A stretch of DNA of 64,000 bases from a virus (taxonomy: Duplodnaviria > Heunggongvirae > Uroviricota > Caudoviricetes): IMG/VR virus record IMGVR_UViG_3300042400_000593, one strand, 5' to 3'. This document shows positions 46,001 through 56,426 of this stretch, one piece after another. The notes beneath the pieces are model-generated. The model was not told the DNA's origin. It saw nothing but the letters and a program-made list of their open reading frames with translations, and made no database searches. A program made the translations under genes and the position numbers. How positions within the stretch are numbered: the first letter of the stretch is position 1; every line of letters begins with the position of its first letter.

Positions 46001-49000
46001 ATACTGTGTCAAATACTGTAGCAGCATTAATTAACTCAAAATTTGATAAAATCGTTTATTTTTTAACAACATCGTCAGCAACTAATACATTAGTTCCTAT
46101 TAGTGTCTTTACAAACAACGATACTAACGATATGTATAGTAATGCAATAAAATTAAAAAATCTTATTATAGATAACTCTTCGTTAATTATAAGTAACACT
46201 ATTTCGTTTGTTGATACTACATTATCAGGTGGGTTTGTATACGACGAGTCGTTATGTTATAGAGATATTGGATTACTTGTTGATGCAATGTCGATAGACT
46301 TGATAACAGGCGGGACATGGCAGGCAATTACATCGGGTAAAAGTTTTTACAAAAATTCTAGTGCAAGAACAGTTACAGTTGGCGGATCTCATTATATACA
46401 ATCTTTAGATGGAATCGAGTTTGCTAGAAAAGTTGGTTTACAAGTATTAAATAAACAAACTGCGGTTAGATTCCAATCATTACAACAAACAGTAAGTTTT
46501 TCATCATTAAATAGCTTGCCATCTACGGGAATTAATATAACAGGTAGCACATCAGCAGTTGTTACAGTATCGCAAACAGTAACATTTACTGATTCGGGTA
46601 ACACTGTTACATTGGCAAATCATGGATTTGCCAATGGTACTACGATAGTATTTTCTTCTATCACATCAACTACTGGAATTACAACTAATACACCGTATTA
46701 TATAATTAATTCAGCAACAGATACGTTTAAGTTATCAACTTCGTTAGGCGGTAGTGCAATTACACTAACAACTAACGGTTCTGGTATTATATATGATCCA
46801 ATTACGAAATTTACTGAAAGTTTCCAATCAGTCATTGACATCTTAAATTATGGTATTAGTGTAGCAGCTACACCGTCGTATGGTACAGGATTATGGCATA
46901 TTGCAATTGATAATGGTGGCAATGGGTACGTTGAACAAGGTGCATCAAACAACAATGACTTATTCCCGTCTAAGATTGTAGTCGGGGTCGGATCAACTAA
47001 TGTTACTGCATCTAATGCACATGGTAGTATTGTAAAATACATTTCGGCTACAGATACTTCAGGTACGTCGACAGTATTATCAAATGTTGATACTTTACAA
47101 TTACAATTAACAACTCCGGGGTTTTTCAAAATCTATGAAGAAATTGAATTTGGTGAGCCAGTTAATGGATTAAACTTTACGATTTTTGTTGAAAGTGGTA
47201 TTTATTACGAAGATTACCCAATGAGAATCCCGCCAAACGTTACACTTAAAGGCGATGATGCAAGAAGAACAATTGTTCGACCAAAAGACAGAGCAAGTCA
47301 AAGTTCGTGGAAACGTATATTCTTCTATCGAGATTCAATTATCGATTCGATGGAAATAGGTAATGTTAATTATACTGCTACTTATAGCAGTAGCAATAAC
47401 CATGCTCCAGCAATCGTAGACAATATTTCAGCTACACTAGACAATACTACTGGATCTGTAGTAGTTACATTGAGTGGAAACTATCAAGCACCACTTTCAT
47501 GGATTGGTTTAATATTTGCTGATAATATTACTAGCGGTTTTGGGACAAATTTAACAGAACGAGGTCGAGCTGTTGTTGATTCAGTTAGTGGTAATACACT
47601 AAACTGTACAGTAATTTATCCATTCTCAGCAAGCGGAGTAAAAGCAGCTGGATCTTGGTACTTATTTGATTCTCAAAATTACGGATACCATTACTTAACT
47701 AATCCTGCCGATATTACAAGTACAGCTAAGAACAATAAAGAACTTGATGTATTCTTGTGTAATGAAGGTGTAAGAATTGTTGGATTTACATTCCAAGGAC
47801 ACGGTGGATTTATAATGGTATTAGATCCGACTGGGAATGTTAAAGCAAAATCACCATATATTCAGGAATGTACAAGTTTTGCACAGAGCATTAATTCTAA
47901 AAGATTTGCCGGAGCTCAATTTATCGACGGTTTTGCAGGAAGATTATACGGAACTCTTACTGCAGTAGCAGATGGAGGTATTACTGTTACAGTAACCGGT
48001 GGATCAACTAGTGGTTTACATTTACGACCACCTCAACCACCATGTTCGTTTTATGTATCAGGTGTTCGCTATCAAATAGACCAAGTATTATCTCATACTA
48101 TTAATACAACAACTGCAGTATCTGGAATTGCAGCACCAAACGGAACAGTTGTATTAAGGTTAGATACAACAACACCATATGCAGGTGCTACAGGTATTGG
48201 TATTAACATTGAAACAGGCGGTAACCGTTCAATGTTAGCAAACAATTTATCAATGTTTAACGATTTAGGGTACGGTGTTATTGTAACCAATGGTGGTTTC
48301 TCTGAACAAGTATGTTCGTTTACATATTATGCTTACACAGGGTATTGGGCAAATAACGGTGGTAACATAAGAGCAGTAGGGTGTTCAAATACATTTGGAA
48401 AATATGGTTTAAGAGCATCTGGATATGACGTAACTGAGTTACCTGATTCGGTATCACTTGTAAATAACCTAGTACAGACTGCAAGGGTTTATAAAACAGG
48501 TGCAACTGCATCTGAGATGGCAGCAAATGCAATCAATATTTGGATTAGCGATTATGATTATATTCCAACTAATGTATCTGAATTAGAAATTAATCATATT
48601 ACATCTGGCGGGACAATTACACAGTATTCTGTTTCGTCGGTAACTACAACGTCGATTACCGTTAACAGTAAACTTGTATTAATGTTAACGTTAAACACAT
48701 CGGGTAGAACTAATTCTGTTGGTTCTACAGGATTAACTTACCCGTTGTATCATGACCAGTTACTTATAATTCGAATTTCTCAAAACTTTAAATTTTCAGG
48801 AATTGACAATGTTAAACCAACTAGACCGTCAACTGCTTTACAATTTGTTGATAAGTTAAATGAAGTTTATCGTATCGGTTCGTATAATTTAGTCGATTCG
48901 TTAGGTACGCAATTACCTGCAAACACATCTATTTTACAAAGTGATGTAAATTTCTCATATTATAAATTTTACACTGATACTACTAATATTACAACAACTG

Positions 49001-52000
49001 ATACCGGTAGTAAAACATGTGGTTCAAAAATTGGTGATACTAAGATTGCTATTCTTGCACTAAGTTTAACTGAAGATGTTGCTACAATTAACCAACTTGC
49101 AAAAGGTACATATATTGTAGCATGGAATGGTAGAATCCATAAAGTATTATCATACGGTACAACACCAGTACCACATTTATTAATCGATAGCACTCCGGTA
49201 TTGGATAATGCGTCAAATTCAATTTCATCGTTAACGTTAACATTTGTATCTACTTCGTCAGGTACAGTAATTGGATCACAATATGCAGTATTTTCGTTCG
49301 CATCAGGAACTGCTCCGTTAGTTGATACGTTTATGGTGTTAACTGGCAATGCACGATATAGTGGAACATACCAAGTTACTGGAAGTACTACGACCAGTGT
49401 AACATTATATTATCCAGCTGGTGTTGGTAGTTCAGGTACAGGTACGATTACTGCATCAAGCAATAATAATACTGGTATTAGTTTAGCATTTGATCCAACT
49501 ACTGCAACAATATTAAAAGTTGGTTATGCAGCAAATGCACCAGCTATTGTTACTACTCGAATTAGTACTTGCCGTGCAACCGGTCATGATTTTTGTGATA
49601 TCGGTACAGGAAGTTATAGTACAACGAATATTCCATATTCGATTTATGGTGACCCAACTAACCCACGTGATTCAACACTTGAAGTATTAGAGCAAGGTGT
49701 GGGTCGGTGTTTTTATGTATCTACTAACCAAGACGGTATATTTAGAGTCGGTAGATTCTTTTCAGTTGACCAAGGAACAGGAACAGTTTCGTTTAGCTCA
49801 AAAATTGCATTAACAAACGTTCAAGGTTTAGGGTTTGATCGAGGCGTAATTGTAAGTGAGTTTAGTGCGGATTCGTCGTTTAACAACAATGCATCTGATG
49901 TTGTTCCTGTTATAAGTGCAATTAGAGGATATATTGATAAAAGATTAGGTATTACTCATTCTGGTTCAGTCTTATTGCAACCATCAAGAGTAGGTCCGGG
50001 GTTTGTTGCATTAAACGGAAGCACACCGATCGAAGGTTCGCTAGCAATGCAAGGAAATCTAATTACTGGATTAGGCAATCCAGTAAGCGATCAAGATGCT
50101 GCAACTAAATGGTTTGTAGTAAATCAAGTTTCATCAAGAGATGCTGTTTCAAAATTAGGTGATGTTAAAATTGGAACTTCACAATCTGCAGAAGTATTAA
50201 CTTATTCACTTGGTCCAACAGATAGTGGTTCATCAACTGAGTATAAATGGCGTAATAAAACATTAAATGGAGATGTAACACTTTCTGTAGTGTACGATGC
50301 ACCGTCATTATCTTATAATTTAACATCGACTATCGGTTCTGGTAAAATTCTTAATAGCATGGTAAGTAGCTCGGCAGCGATTGCACAAAGTAAATTATCT
50401 TTATCATATGCTACTACAAGAGCATCGGCTGATGGTGTCCTGCAGGAAAATTTAGGAGTTGCTAGTTTTAACGATAAAATATTTACATCAACAAGCGGTT
50501 GGGTAGATTTAGTTGATTCATCGTCAACTAGTACAGGTGTATTATTAACTAAACTTCAGTATATTGCAAAATCTACAATTTTAGGTAATATAGATGCCGG
50601 AACAGGATCCGGTATAGTAAAAGCATTAACTCCATTATCGGTTGTCCAAGCCGGTGACGGTATTACAAATTCGTTATTTACGTCATCTGGTGTGTTAACT
50701 GTTGCATATAGTTCGTCAACTACTAATAACGTTTATAGTGTTACCGCTGTAACTACATCTGCATCGTCTACTGACGGTGGTAAATTAGTAAAAACTAAAT
50801 CAAGTGGCGAAATCGATGTAGCGCAACTACAAATTGATACCTATAAAATTATCGATACAGTTGCAGGAACAGGAACAGCATCAACTGCAAAAGTAGTGTT
50901 TACTACACCAGGACAGTCAGAATTCTTAACTGCTACTGGTGGTTCTGATAATGCAATTGTTGTTAAAGTATCTGGAACTTTAGATGTAACAGGTACTAAT
51001 AATAGTTTAAAAACTACATCGATTACAACAGGCAGTTCAACAACAACAGGTGAACTTATTGGTTCATGGACAGTTCCTGCAGGCAGTGAGTTAAAAGTAC
51101 CAGGTGGTATTAATGCGTCAGGTGAAGGATTAACAGCAAGTTCACTAAGACCATTAATAAAACCATTAGTATTATTTGATTTTGCTAATGCAAAAACATT
51201 GGATCCTAGAATTACATTTGCTCGCAATTCGATAGGCACATATTATAATTCTGCAGGAATATTAACAACTGCGATTGCTAACCAACCTAGATTTAATTTT
51301 AATCCAACTACAAAAATATCAGAAGGATTACTAGTTGAAGAATCGCGTAGAAATTGGATAGTTTCGTCGGCTGCATTTGCAACATCCGGTGGATCACAAA
51401 ACTGGACTTATACAAACGTAACTAGATCAACATCAACTACTATTGCACCTGACGGTACCACTGCATATCAATTTACATCAACAAGTGCAATGGCAACAAT
51501 GATGTTTGCTGGAGGGACGTCAACTGGGCCTACCTTAAGAACATTTTCAGTATGGATGAAACGTATTAATGGTTCAGGTAATATTAAGTTTACTATGGAT
51601 TCTAATACTCCGGTAGTAGCTGGTATTTCATCACCAACATGGTATACAATTCCAGTAACAACTACATTAACACGACATGTATTTACAAATGCAACATCAG
51701 ATCATGTAGGTATACGAATTGAAACATCCGGTGATGTTGTAGTAATATGGGGTGCGCAATTAGAAGATGGCGGTATGGAAACAAGTTATATTCCAACTAC
51801 AACTACTGATGTATTAAGAGCTGCTGACACAGTTTATGTAGATAGTACTAATTTCTCAAGATGGTATAATCAAAATGAAGGAACTATTTTAATTTCGCAT
51901 GCAGTAACTGCAGTTGACACAACGACTGATCCAAGAGACTATGGTGGATTTGTTGTTATAAATTCTACACCAACTTCATCAATGGGGGTAAGATGTTATT

Positions 52001-52332
52001 CAAACGGTGCAAGTGGAATAACATTCGATGCGTACTCTTCGATATCGGGATCCACTCAGTTTGATTTTACTGGATTAACATTTCCATTTCCGCCTACTCT
52101 TCAAAATCCGCGAGTAAATACATTTGTTACTCATGCATTAGCGTATTCAACTAATTCATGTTCACATAGTTATAACAATATAACAGCAGAAGTAGATTCA
52201 GTTGCAACAATATCAACTGATATGATTAGATTAAACATAGGTAATGAAATTGGTACGCAAACGATTGCTAAAATTGCATATTACCCAATAAGATTAAGCA
52301 ATACAGAAATACAAACGATTACAACTCAATAA
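43003..52332 (+). CDS. giant tail fibre / adhesin protein (about 3,109 aa from ATG 43003; the ORF track lists a TTG start at 42952)
   Basis: N-terminal KIGVQGNDGTGDSIRDAFRKVNENFNEV is the conserved phage tail-fibre N-terminal attachment motif. An RBS (AAAGGGG) precedes ATG 43003 and a GATAAATA late box lies at 42954-42961. The remainder is Ser/Thr/Asn/Ile/Val-rich. Confidence 0.7.
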   Translation: MKQEIKIGVQGNDGTGDSIRDAFRKVNENFNEVYSIFGEGRITFSELADGSDYTGNQLIMGNAVGDSLTARTLTAGENIAIVVSSSAVTIASKASQLSEDTTPQIKYPFNVNLKAIGRVPEPSEALVDAFNAAWIEQTTLDQLPVNVGYANKTYLAVYNGVIGYKDSTGNVIQPSLTTVEGHLDTTSEFYDPALTGNYLSTSIVPRKDLVYRGGDTMSGPLYLNDHPNELAGIVGTADRSEYQAATSFYVDNKTFSSNVNLYVTTSGDDLQLTSPPGKEGRFWNYSFNTISAALLHAESLINVASQEPGPYTQRVSYSLGPNRYFSKIQKVTLTGGNAANPGYVAAFNLLQANKEFIQSETIAYINKKYVNSFSYDHETLTIKINSLLSNIGEDLVLGATSPDSDTSSTNYNSYWEGVSYIHDNLTSEGLIQWVETVNFVRDQIIDFSYNTTALQTYTEQIINALLYDMLFKTNYLSIQTGIAFKDANTKVSAEQLASMLTINPITITAAECKDGNVILSFNTQSSILFPIGSEILLNASFISKTVSSTPVTISSYNNGAVVSFSVIDSSTSSVTLSNTSLSLVADKFTVSGTIDRKNLINQLLLIPAVKSLPTETKTLWIISNVNIIKNYILNDTLPTVTFPTPSNPLVGYNVVGYNSAKQLLLENISFIQAETLSFLNSEYPTVIYDRDLIIRDVNYIIWSLVYDLTYGGNSQSVYIGKHNWATLSNFVNAAELEAWVQSIRHINILAQSIITNVKSGVTYQQSVRQYRNDTLTNGSVASTSVSTNITLIADITSDINNVPSSITYPTITIGVTEWQSVYTNTSRTIFTTGSTTSTSWFMNKYYPVIDTEIKQTKIIKLFKVITDIIESGQFPTTLPTYPLLAPAIRVHSVSTITPAMTAQARDLLPLSVITNIATNTNAYVLTTYSSITYDQTLFIKELKSLLIALCYDITFGGTTALYRASSKFTKISVNSTVIQNIFEHAKTVTVSYITGHITGDTVSNTVAALINSKFDKIVYFLTTSSATNTLVPISVFTNNDTNDMYSNAIKLKNLIIDNSSLIISNTISFVDTTLSGGFVYDESLCYRDIGLLVDAMSIDLITGGTWQAITSGKSFYKNSSARTVTVGGSHYIQSLDGIEFARKVGLQVLNKQTAVRFQSLQQTVSFSSLNSLPSTGINITGSTSAVVTVSQTVTFTDSGNTVTLANHGFANGTTIVFSSITSTTGITTNTPYYIINSATDTFKLSTSLGGSAITLTTNGSGIIYDPITKFTESFQSVIDILNYGISVAATPSYGTGLWHIAIDNGGNGYVEQGASNNNDLFPSKIVVGVGSTNVTASNAHGSIVKYISATDTSGTSTVLSNVDTLQLQLTTPGFFKIYEEIEFGEPVNGLNFTIFVESGIYYEDYPMRIPPNVTLKGDDARRTIVRPKDRASQSSWKRIFFYRDSIIDSMEIGNVNYTATYSSSNNHAPAIVDNISATLDNTTGSVVVTLSGNYQAPLSWIGLIFADNITSGFGTNLTERGRAVVDSVSGNTLNCTVIYPFSASGVKAAGSWYLFDSQNYGYHYLTNPADITSTAKNNKELDVFLCNEGVRIVGFTFQGHGGFIMVLDPTGNVKAKSPYIQECTSFAQSINSKRFAGAQFIDGFAGRLYGTLTAVADGGITVTVTGGSTSGLHLRPPQPPCSFYVSGVRYQIDQVLSHTINTTTAVSGIAAPNGTVVLRLDTTTPYAGATGIGINIETGGNRSMLANNLSMFNDLGYGVIVTNGGFSEQVCSFTYYAYTGYWANNGGNIRAVGCSNTFGKYGLRASGYDVTELPDSVSLVNNLVQTARVYKTGATASEMAANAINIWISDYDYIPTNVSELEINHITSGGTITQYSVSSVTTTSITVNSKLVLMLTLNTSGRTNSVGSTGLTYPLYHDQLLIIRISQNFKFSGIDNVKPTRPSTALQFVDKLNEVYRIGSYNLVDSLGTQLPANTSILQSDVNFSYYKFYTDTTNITTTDTGSKTCGSKIGDTKIAILALSLTEDVATINQLAKGTYIVAWNGRIHKVLSYGTTPVPHLLIDSTPVLDNASNSISSLTLTFVSTSSGTVIGSQYAVFSFASGTAPLVDTFMVLTGNARYSGTYQVTGSTTTSVTLYYPAGVGSSGTGTITASSNNNTGISLAFDPTTATILKVGYAANAPAIVTTRISTCRATGHDFCDIGTGSYSTTNIPYSIYGDPTNPRDSTLEVLEQGVGRCFYVSTNQDGIFRVGRFFSVDQGTGTVSFSSKIALTNVQGLGFDRGVIVSEFSADSSFNNNASDVVPVISAIRGYIDKRLGITHSGSVLLQPSRVGPGFVALNGSTPIEGSLAMQGNLITGLGNPVSDQDAATKWFVVNQVSSRDAVSKLGDVKIGTSQSAEVLTYSLGPTDSGSSTEYKWRNKTLNGDVTLSVVYDAPSLSYNLTSTIGSGKILNSMVSSSAAIAQSKLSLSYATTRASADGVLQENLGVASFNDKIFTSTSGWVDLVDSSSTSTGVLLTKLQYIAKSTILGNIDAGTGSGIVKALTPLSVVQAGDGITNSLFTSSGVLTVAYSSSTTNNVYSVTAVTTSASSTDGGKLVKTKSSGEIDVAQLQIDTYKIIDTVAGTGTASTAKVVFTTPGQSEFLTATGGSDNAIVVKVSGTLDVTGTNNSLKTTSITTGSSTTTGELIGSWTVPAGSELKVPGGINASGEGLTASSLRPLIKPLVLFDFANAKTLDPRITFARNSIGTYYNSAGILTTAIANQPRFNFNPTTKISEGLLVEESRRNWIVSSAAFATSGGSQNWTYTNVTRSTSTTIAPDGTTAYQFTSTSAMATMMFAGGTSTGPTLRTFSVWMKRINGSGNIKFTMDSNTPVVAGISSPTWYTIPVTTTLTRHVFTNATSDHVGIRIETSGDVVVIWGAQLEDGGMETSYIPTTTTDVLRAADTVYVDSTNFSRWYNQNEGTILISHAVTAVDTTTDPRDYGGFVVINSTPTSSMGVRCYSNGASGITFDAYSSISGSTQFDFTGLTFPFPPTLQNPRVNTFVTHALAYSTNSCSHSYNNITAEVDSVATISTDMIRLNIGNEIGTQTIAKIAYYPIRLSNTEIQTITTQ

Positions 52333-52400
52333 GGAATTAATATGAGACAAAATTATAATTTTTTAAAAAATACAAACACATTTTCTAAGGAGTTGCAATA

Positions 52401-55400
52401 ATGAGTAGTTTTATTGGAACAGGTCCAAATCAAGTACCATCTAATAGTGATCTTGGCCGATTAGCGTATTTAGATTATACAGGATTGCAAGATGTAGGTA
52501 CATATATACCTACAATTGCATCAGCAACTAGTATTTCACCGTTAACTGAAATTGTATTTGTTTCTGGTACTACTACTATTACCACAATTGTTCCCCCTCC
52601 ATTATTTGTAAATGGTGGCCGTATTACATTAATACCAACTGCAAAATTTAGTATTGCAGCGACCGATAACGTTGCTATTGCAATATCTGCAGAGGTATCA
52701 AAACCTATTATACTAACGTATGTTGCATCACAAAGCAAATGGTATCCAAGTTATGGAAACACTGTTAATCGTGTTACAGTTACAGCTCCTGCTACTGGAT
52801 CAACATTAACTATTGCAGATAATAAAACACTAACAGTTAATAATACATTAACATTTTCAGGAACTGATAGTAAAACATTAACTGTAAATAAAAATGTTAC
52901 ACTAGACGGTGTAGATGGTAAAACATTAACTTTAAATGCTGGTATAACGGTTAACACTACTTCTAGTAATGCAGTAATAGTTGACTTTGTTACAGGTGGA
53001 ACAGTAGTGTTTGCAACGGCAGGGATAAATCAGTTTGCTGCTTCGTCAACAACGTCAGCCCAGTTAGCAGGTGTTATGTCAGATAAAACTGGAACTGGCT
53101 CATTAGTATTTGGAACTAGTCCAGCATTTACTACGTCAATAACTACTGCATCTACTAGTTTTGATTTGTTTAATACTGGTGCTACTACGTTAAACATAGG
53201 CGGTGCTGCTACTACTTTAAAATTGGGAGCAAGTTCTGGCAGTACTTATATCGGTAATTCAATGTTAGTCGGTGCTTCAACTGGCACAATAACTGGTAAA
53301 TTACACTTAGTAACTCCTGCTCTTACTGGTGCTGTTGGTGATCGACAAACTATAGCAAGATTCCAAACTACTCAAAGCGGGAACACTTCATTGTTAGATA
53401 TCTCAAGTTTTAGAGATTCTACTAGTGTAATTGGAACAAACGGTACTGTAGCTGTAGGTGATTGGGTTACTGCTGGCACTCGAATTCAACAACAAATTGA
53501 TAGTACCTGGATGGCGTGGCAGCAATTTAATGGAACACTTAATCCACAAGGAATTGCGTGGGGCACTGGAAATAGCACAGTATCACCTCAAGCTGTTACA
53601 GAGAAAATGCGATTAGATAATAACGGTACTTTAGGACTTGGTACTGGTAGTTCAACACTTGCAACTAGTGTAACACATTTGCAATTGCCAACCGGTGCAG
53701 TTATTACTGCGTCAACTGGGAACCAGTTGACGATAGGTTCAAACGCAGTATGGAATTCCGCATGGAAATATGCAACTACATCAGCTGCTGCATATTATCA
53801 AGTGTATAACGGCGGCCATTCTTGGACTACTGCAGCATCTGGAACTGCAGGTTCAAATATAACGTTCAACGAAATAATGAAACTTGATTCTAGCGGAAAT
53901 TGTTACCATATTGGGTCAGCTTTAGAACTTCGCCAAATTAATAATAGTCTAAGAATACGGGCAGTAAATTCAAGTTCAGAAACAACTAGATATCCAGGTC
54001 TAGAAGCATTTAACTATTCAGGTAATTTAGCAGCAACTGCCGATAATGGCGGGTTTCCAGTATTAGAATTGTACAGAAGTAGAGGTACTGAGGCAGCAAA
54101 ACTTCCAGTAGCAATTAACGATACATTAGGAAGTATGACCGGATGGGGTTGGGATACATCAGTGTTTAACGATGTATGTCGAATAAATTTCTTAGCAGAC
54201 AATACATTCAGTGCAGCTGATGCACGTGGTAGAATTGAATTCCAAACACAGACCGGTACTACACTATCTACTAAAATGATTATCGATTCTAGTGGTAATG
54301 TTGGTATCGGAACCACCGGGTCTTTATCTCCTAAATTTCAAGTTGTAGGTTCGTCAACTTTCTCTAGTCAACCAAATGTTGCAGCAGTTTTCGGATCAGC
54401 AGTTACATCTGATTTGCTTTTAGGTTCAATTAATGGTAATGCTCCGTTTATTGCATCACAAGGTGCATATCCGTTATTGATGTATACTAATGCAACAGAA
54501 CGAGTACGTATTGATTCTACCGGTAATGTTGGTATTGGAACAACTACACCAGGTTATAAACTTGATGTTGTTACAACTGGGGTTAGATTTCAAAGCGGTA
54601 CTGCTGAAACTAATATTATATTAGGACCTCAAACTAATCAAGGATATGTGTATGGTAATAGCACACAAATTGGATTTTATAGCGCAACTACTAGCGCCAA
54701 TTTTTCAGTAAGCAAAGATTCTGCTAACCCTGGAATTGGCATAAATTCCGGAACAAATGGCGATATAACATTTTCTTCTTCTAATACTACTAGAGCTAGA
54801 ATAGTTGGAACAAATGGTAATTTTTTAATTGGCACAAATACTGATGGCGGTTACAAACTTCAAGTAAACGGTACATTTAATGTTAATAACACAGTAACAT
54901 TTACCGCAACTACTACTGCAACAAGCACTTCAACTGGCGCACTTCGAGTATCAGGTGGTGTTGGTATTGCTGAAAATGTATATGCTGGTGGTTCTATATC
55001 TGCAGTTGGTACTATTTATTCAGGAAGTAGTGCTACGATTAGTACGGATTTAAGTGTTGGAGGCAGATCATTATTGGCAGTAACGCCAAAATATATTAAT
55101 TCATTTACAATTGGAGCAAACGACACCACTTGGTGGCGAATTGCGTCAATGGATGGAAATAACCAACCTAGGTATTCGAGGTTTATATTATCTACTACTA
55201 ACCATTTAAATATGGAATTTATTTTCTCTAACGGTGCAGGTGGTGATAATGGCCATGTTGAAGTTAGAGTCCGAGGGCATTATTCATATTGGTCATCATA
55301 TCCATGGTATGTTAGATACAATCCAACAGGAACTAATTTACCATCGTATGTAGAGATAAAAATGCCATCTAGCAATGTTGAAAATACATTTAGCATGTAT

Positions 55401-56426
55401 GAATTAGAATCATATGCAGACAGTGATATTTATGTAACATATCCAATAGCAACAACTAACAGTTCAGCTGCTGCATTAAATGGAACTAATTTACAATTCT
55501 TTAATAGTACTTCAATTTTACGTAGAGATGGATATCTAGGAGCTAGTGTTACTAGAGAAATTTCTGTACCAGCTGCAGGAACTAGTGGTAATTTATTAAC
55601 TAGTAATGGGTCAACATGGGTTAGTTCAGTAGCTCCAAAATCCGGTTTAGGATCTACACCAATTAAAACATCAGTATCACCTGCTTATACTGCATCAGCA
55701 TACGATTTAGTTAGATGCGACACTACAACTGCTGCATTTTCAATTACATTTCCAGCTTCCCCTACTGATGGTGATTTAATTGGGGTTGTTGATGTTGGTG
55801 GAACATTTGCTACAAAGAATTTAACAATTAATCGAGGAGGAACAACTACGATTGAGGGCGATACTTCGGTTATATTAGATATTAGCAATGCGTATGTTGA
55901 ATTTGTATATAACTCAACAGGCACTAATTGGAAATTATTAGAAACACCAGTTAACGTAGCAGGAGCAGTATCCACATCAGTTACGTTATCGAGTTTAACT
56001 AAAGGCACTGGATCAGTATTAACTAATGCAATAGCTGGAACAGATTATGTTGCACCTAATGTTGCAACGTTATTTACAAAACCACAACGTGCATCTTTAT
56101 CAACTGAAACTGCACCTAGTTCCGGTACAGTTACATGGGATTTAACATCAGATCAAGTTTTTAGGATTAACTTAAATTCTAATATTACTACATTTTCTGT
56201 AACTGGTACATTAAGTTCATTGATAGGGTATCAGTATCAAGTTATTGTTAGATACAATGGAGGAACATCGATAGCGTGGAACAATAATATGAAATGGCCA
56301 AGTGGAGCTTCACCGATGCTAACTGGAATTTCTAATAAAGTTGATGTGTTAACATTTATCGTAACTTCGATAGACGGTACTAACTATTATCTAGTTAATA
56401 CCGGTATTAATCAGAATGTGGGGTAA
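52401..56426 (+). CDS. large fibre-like structural protein (1,341 aa) with short beta-helix-like repeats
   Basis: Repeats KTLTVNNTLTFSGTDSKTLTVNKNVTLDGVDGKTLTLNAGITVN; Thr/Ser/Gly/Asn-rich; RBS AAGGAG. Confidence 0.55.
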   Translation: MSSFIGTGPNQVPSNSDLGRLAYLDYTGLQDVGTYIPTIASATSISPLTEIVFVSGTTTITTIVPPPLFVNGGRITLIPTAKFSIAATDNVAIAISAEVSKPIILTYVASQSKWYPSYGNTVNRVTVTAPATGSTLTIADNKTLTVNNTLTFSGTDSKTLTVNKNVTLDGVDGKTLTLNAGITVNTTSSNAVIVDFVTGGTVVFATAGINQFAASSTTSAQLAGVMSDKTGTGSLVFGTSPAFTTSITTASTSFDLFNTGATTLNIGGAATTLKLGASSGSTYIGNSMLVGASTGTITGKLHLVTPALTGAVGDRQTIARFQTTQSGNTSLLDISSFRDSTSVIGTNGTVAVGDWVTAGTRIQQQIDSTWMAWQQFNGTLNPQGIAWGTGNSTVSPQAVTEKMRLDNNGTLGLGTGSSTLATSVTHLQLPTGAVITASTGNQLTIGSNAVWNSAWKYATTSAAAYYQVYNGGHSWTTAASGTAGSNITFNEIMKLDSSGNCYHIGSALELRQINNSLRIRAVNSSSETTRYPGLEAFNYSGNLAATADNGGFPVLELYRSRGTEAAKLPVAINDTLGSMTGWGWDTSVFNDVCRINFLADNTFSAADARGRIEFQTQTGTTLSTKMIIDSSGNVGIGTTGSLSPKFQVVGSSTFSSQPNVAAVFGSAVTSDLLLGSINGNAPFIASQGAYPLLMYTNATERVRIDSTGNVGIGTTTPGYKLDVVTTGVRFQSGTAETNIILGPQTNQGYVYGNSTQIGFYSATTSANFSVSKDSANPGIGINSGTNGDITFSSSNTTRARIVGTNGNFLIGTNTDGGYKLQVNGTFNVNNTVTFTATTTATSTSTGALRVSGGVGIAENVYAGGSISAVGTIYSGSSATISTDLSVGGRSLLAVTPKYINSFTIGANDTTWWRIASMDGNNQPRYSRFILSTTNHLNMEFIFSNGAGGDNGHVEVRVRGHYSYWSSYPWYVRYNPTGTNLPSYVEIKMPSSNVENTFSMYELESYADSDIYVTYPIATTNSSAAALNGTNLQFFNSTSILRRDGYLGASVTREISVPAAGTSGNLLTSNGSTWVSSVAPKSGLGSTPIKTSVSPAYTASAYDLVRCDTTTAAFSITFPASPTDGDLIGVVDVGGTFATKNLTINRGGTTTIEGDTSVILDISNAYVEFVYNSTGTNWKLLETPVNVAGAVSTSVTLSSLTKGTGSVLTNAIAGTDYVAPNVATLFTKPQRASLSTETAPSSGTVTWDLTSDQVFRINLNSNITTFSVTGTLSSLIGYQYQVIVRYNGGTSIAWNNNMKWPSGASPMLTGISNKVDVLTFIVTSIDGTNYYLVNTGINQNVG
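52797..52956 (+). repeat. in-frame (K)TLTVN-x-TL-x-G short repeats
   Basis: Seen in the translation of the 1,341-aa ORF. Confidence 0.5.

Noticed and set aside
44424-51239. Multiple antisense ORFs inside the giant fibre gene (44424-44738, 46392-46604, 46848-47129, 48093-48290, 48320-48532, 48969-49349, 50841-51239)
   Set aside because: All lie opposite a long, coherent plus-strand ORF with low-complexity, codon-biased sequence. They have no RBS or start context and are ORF shadows.
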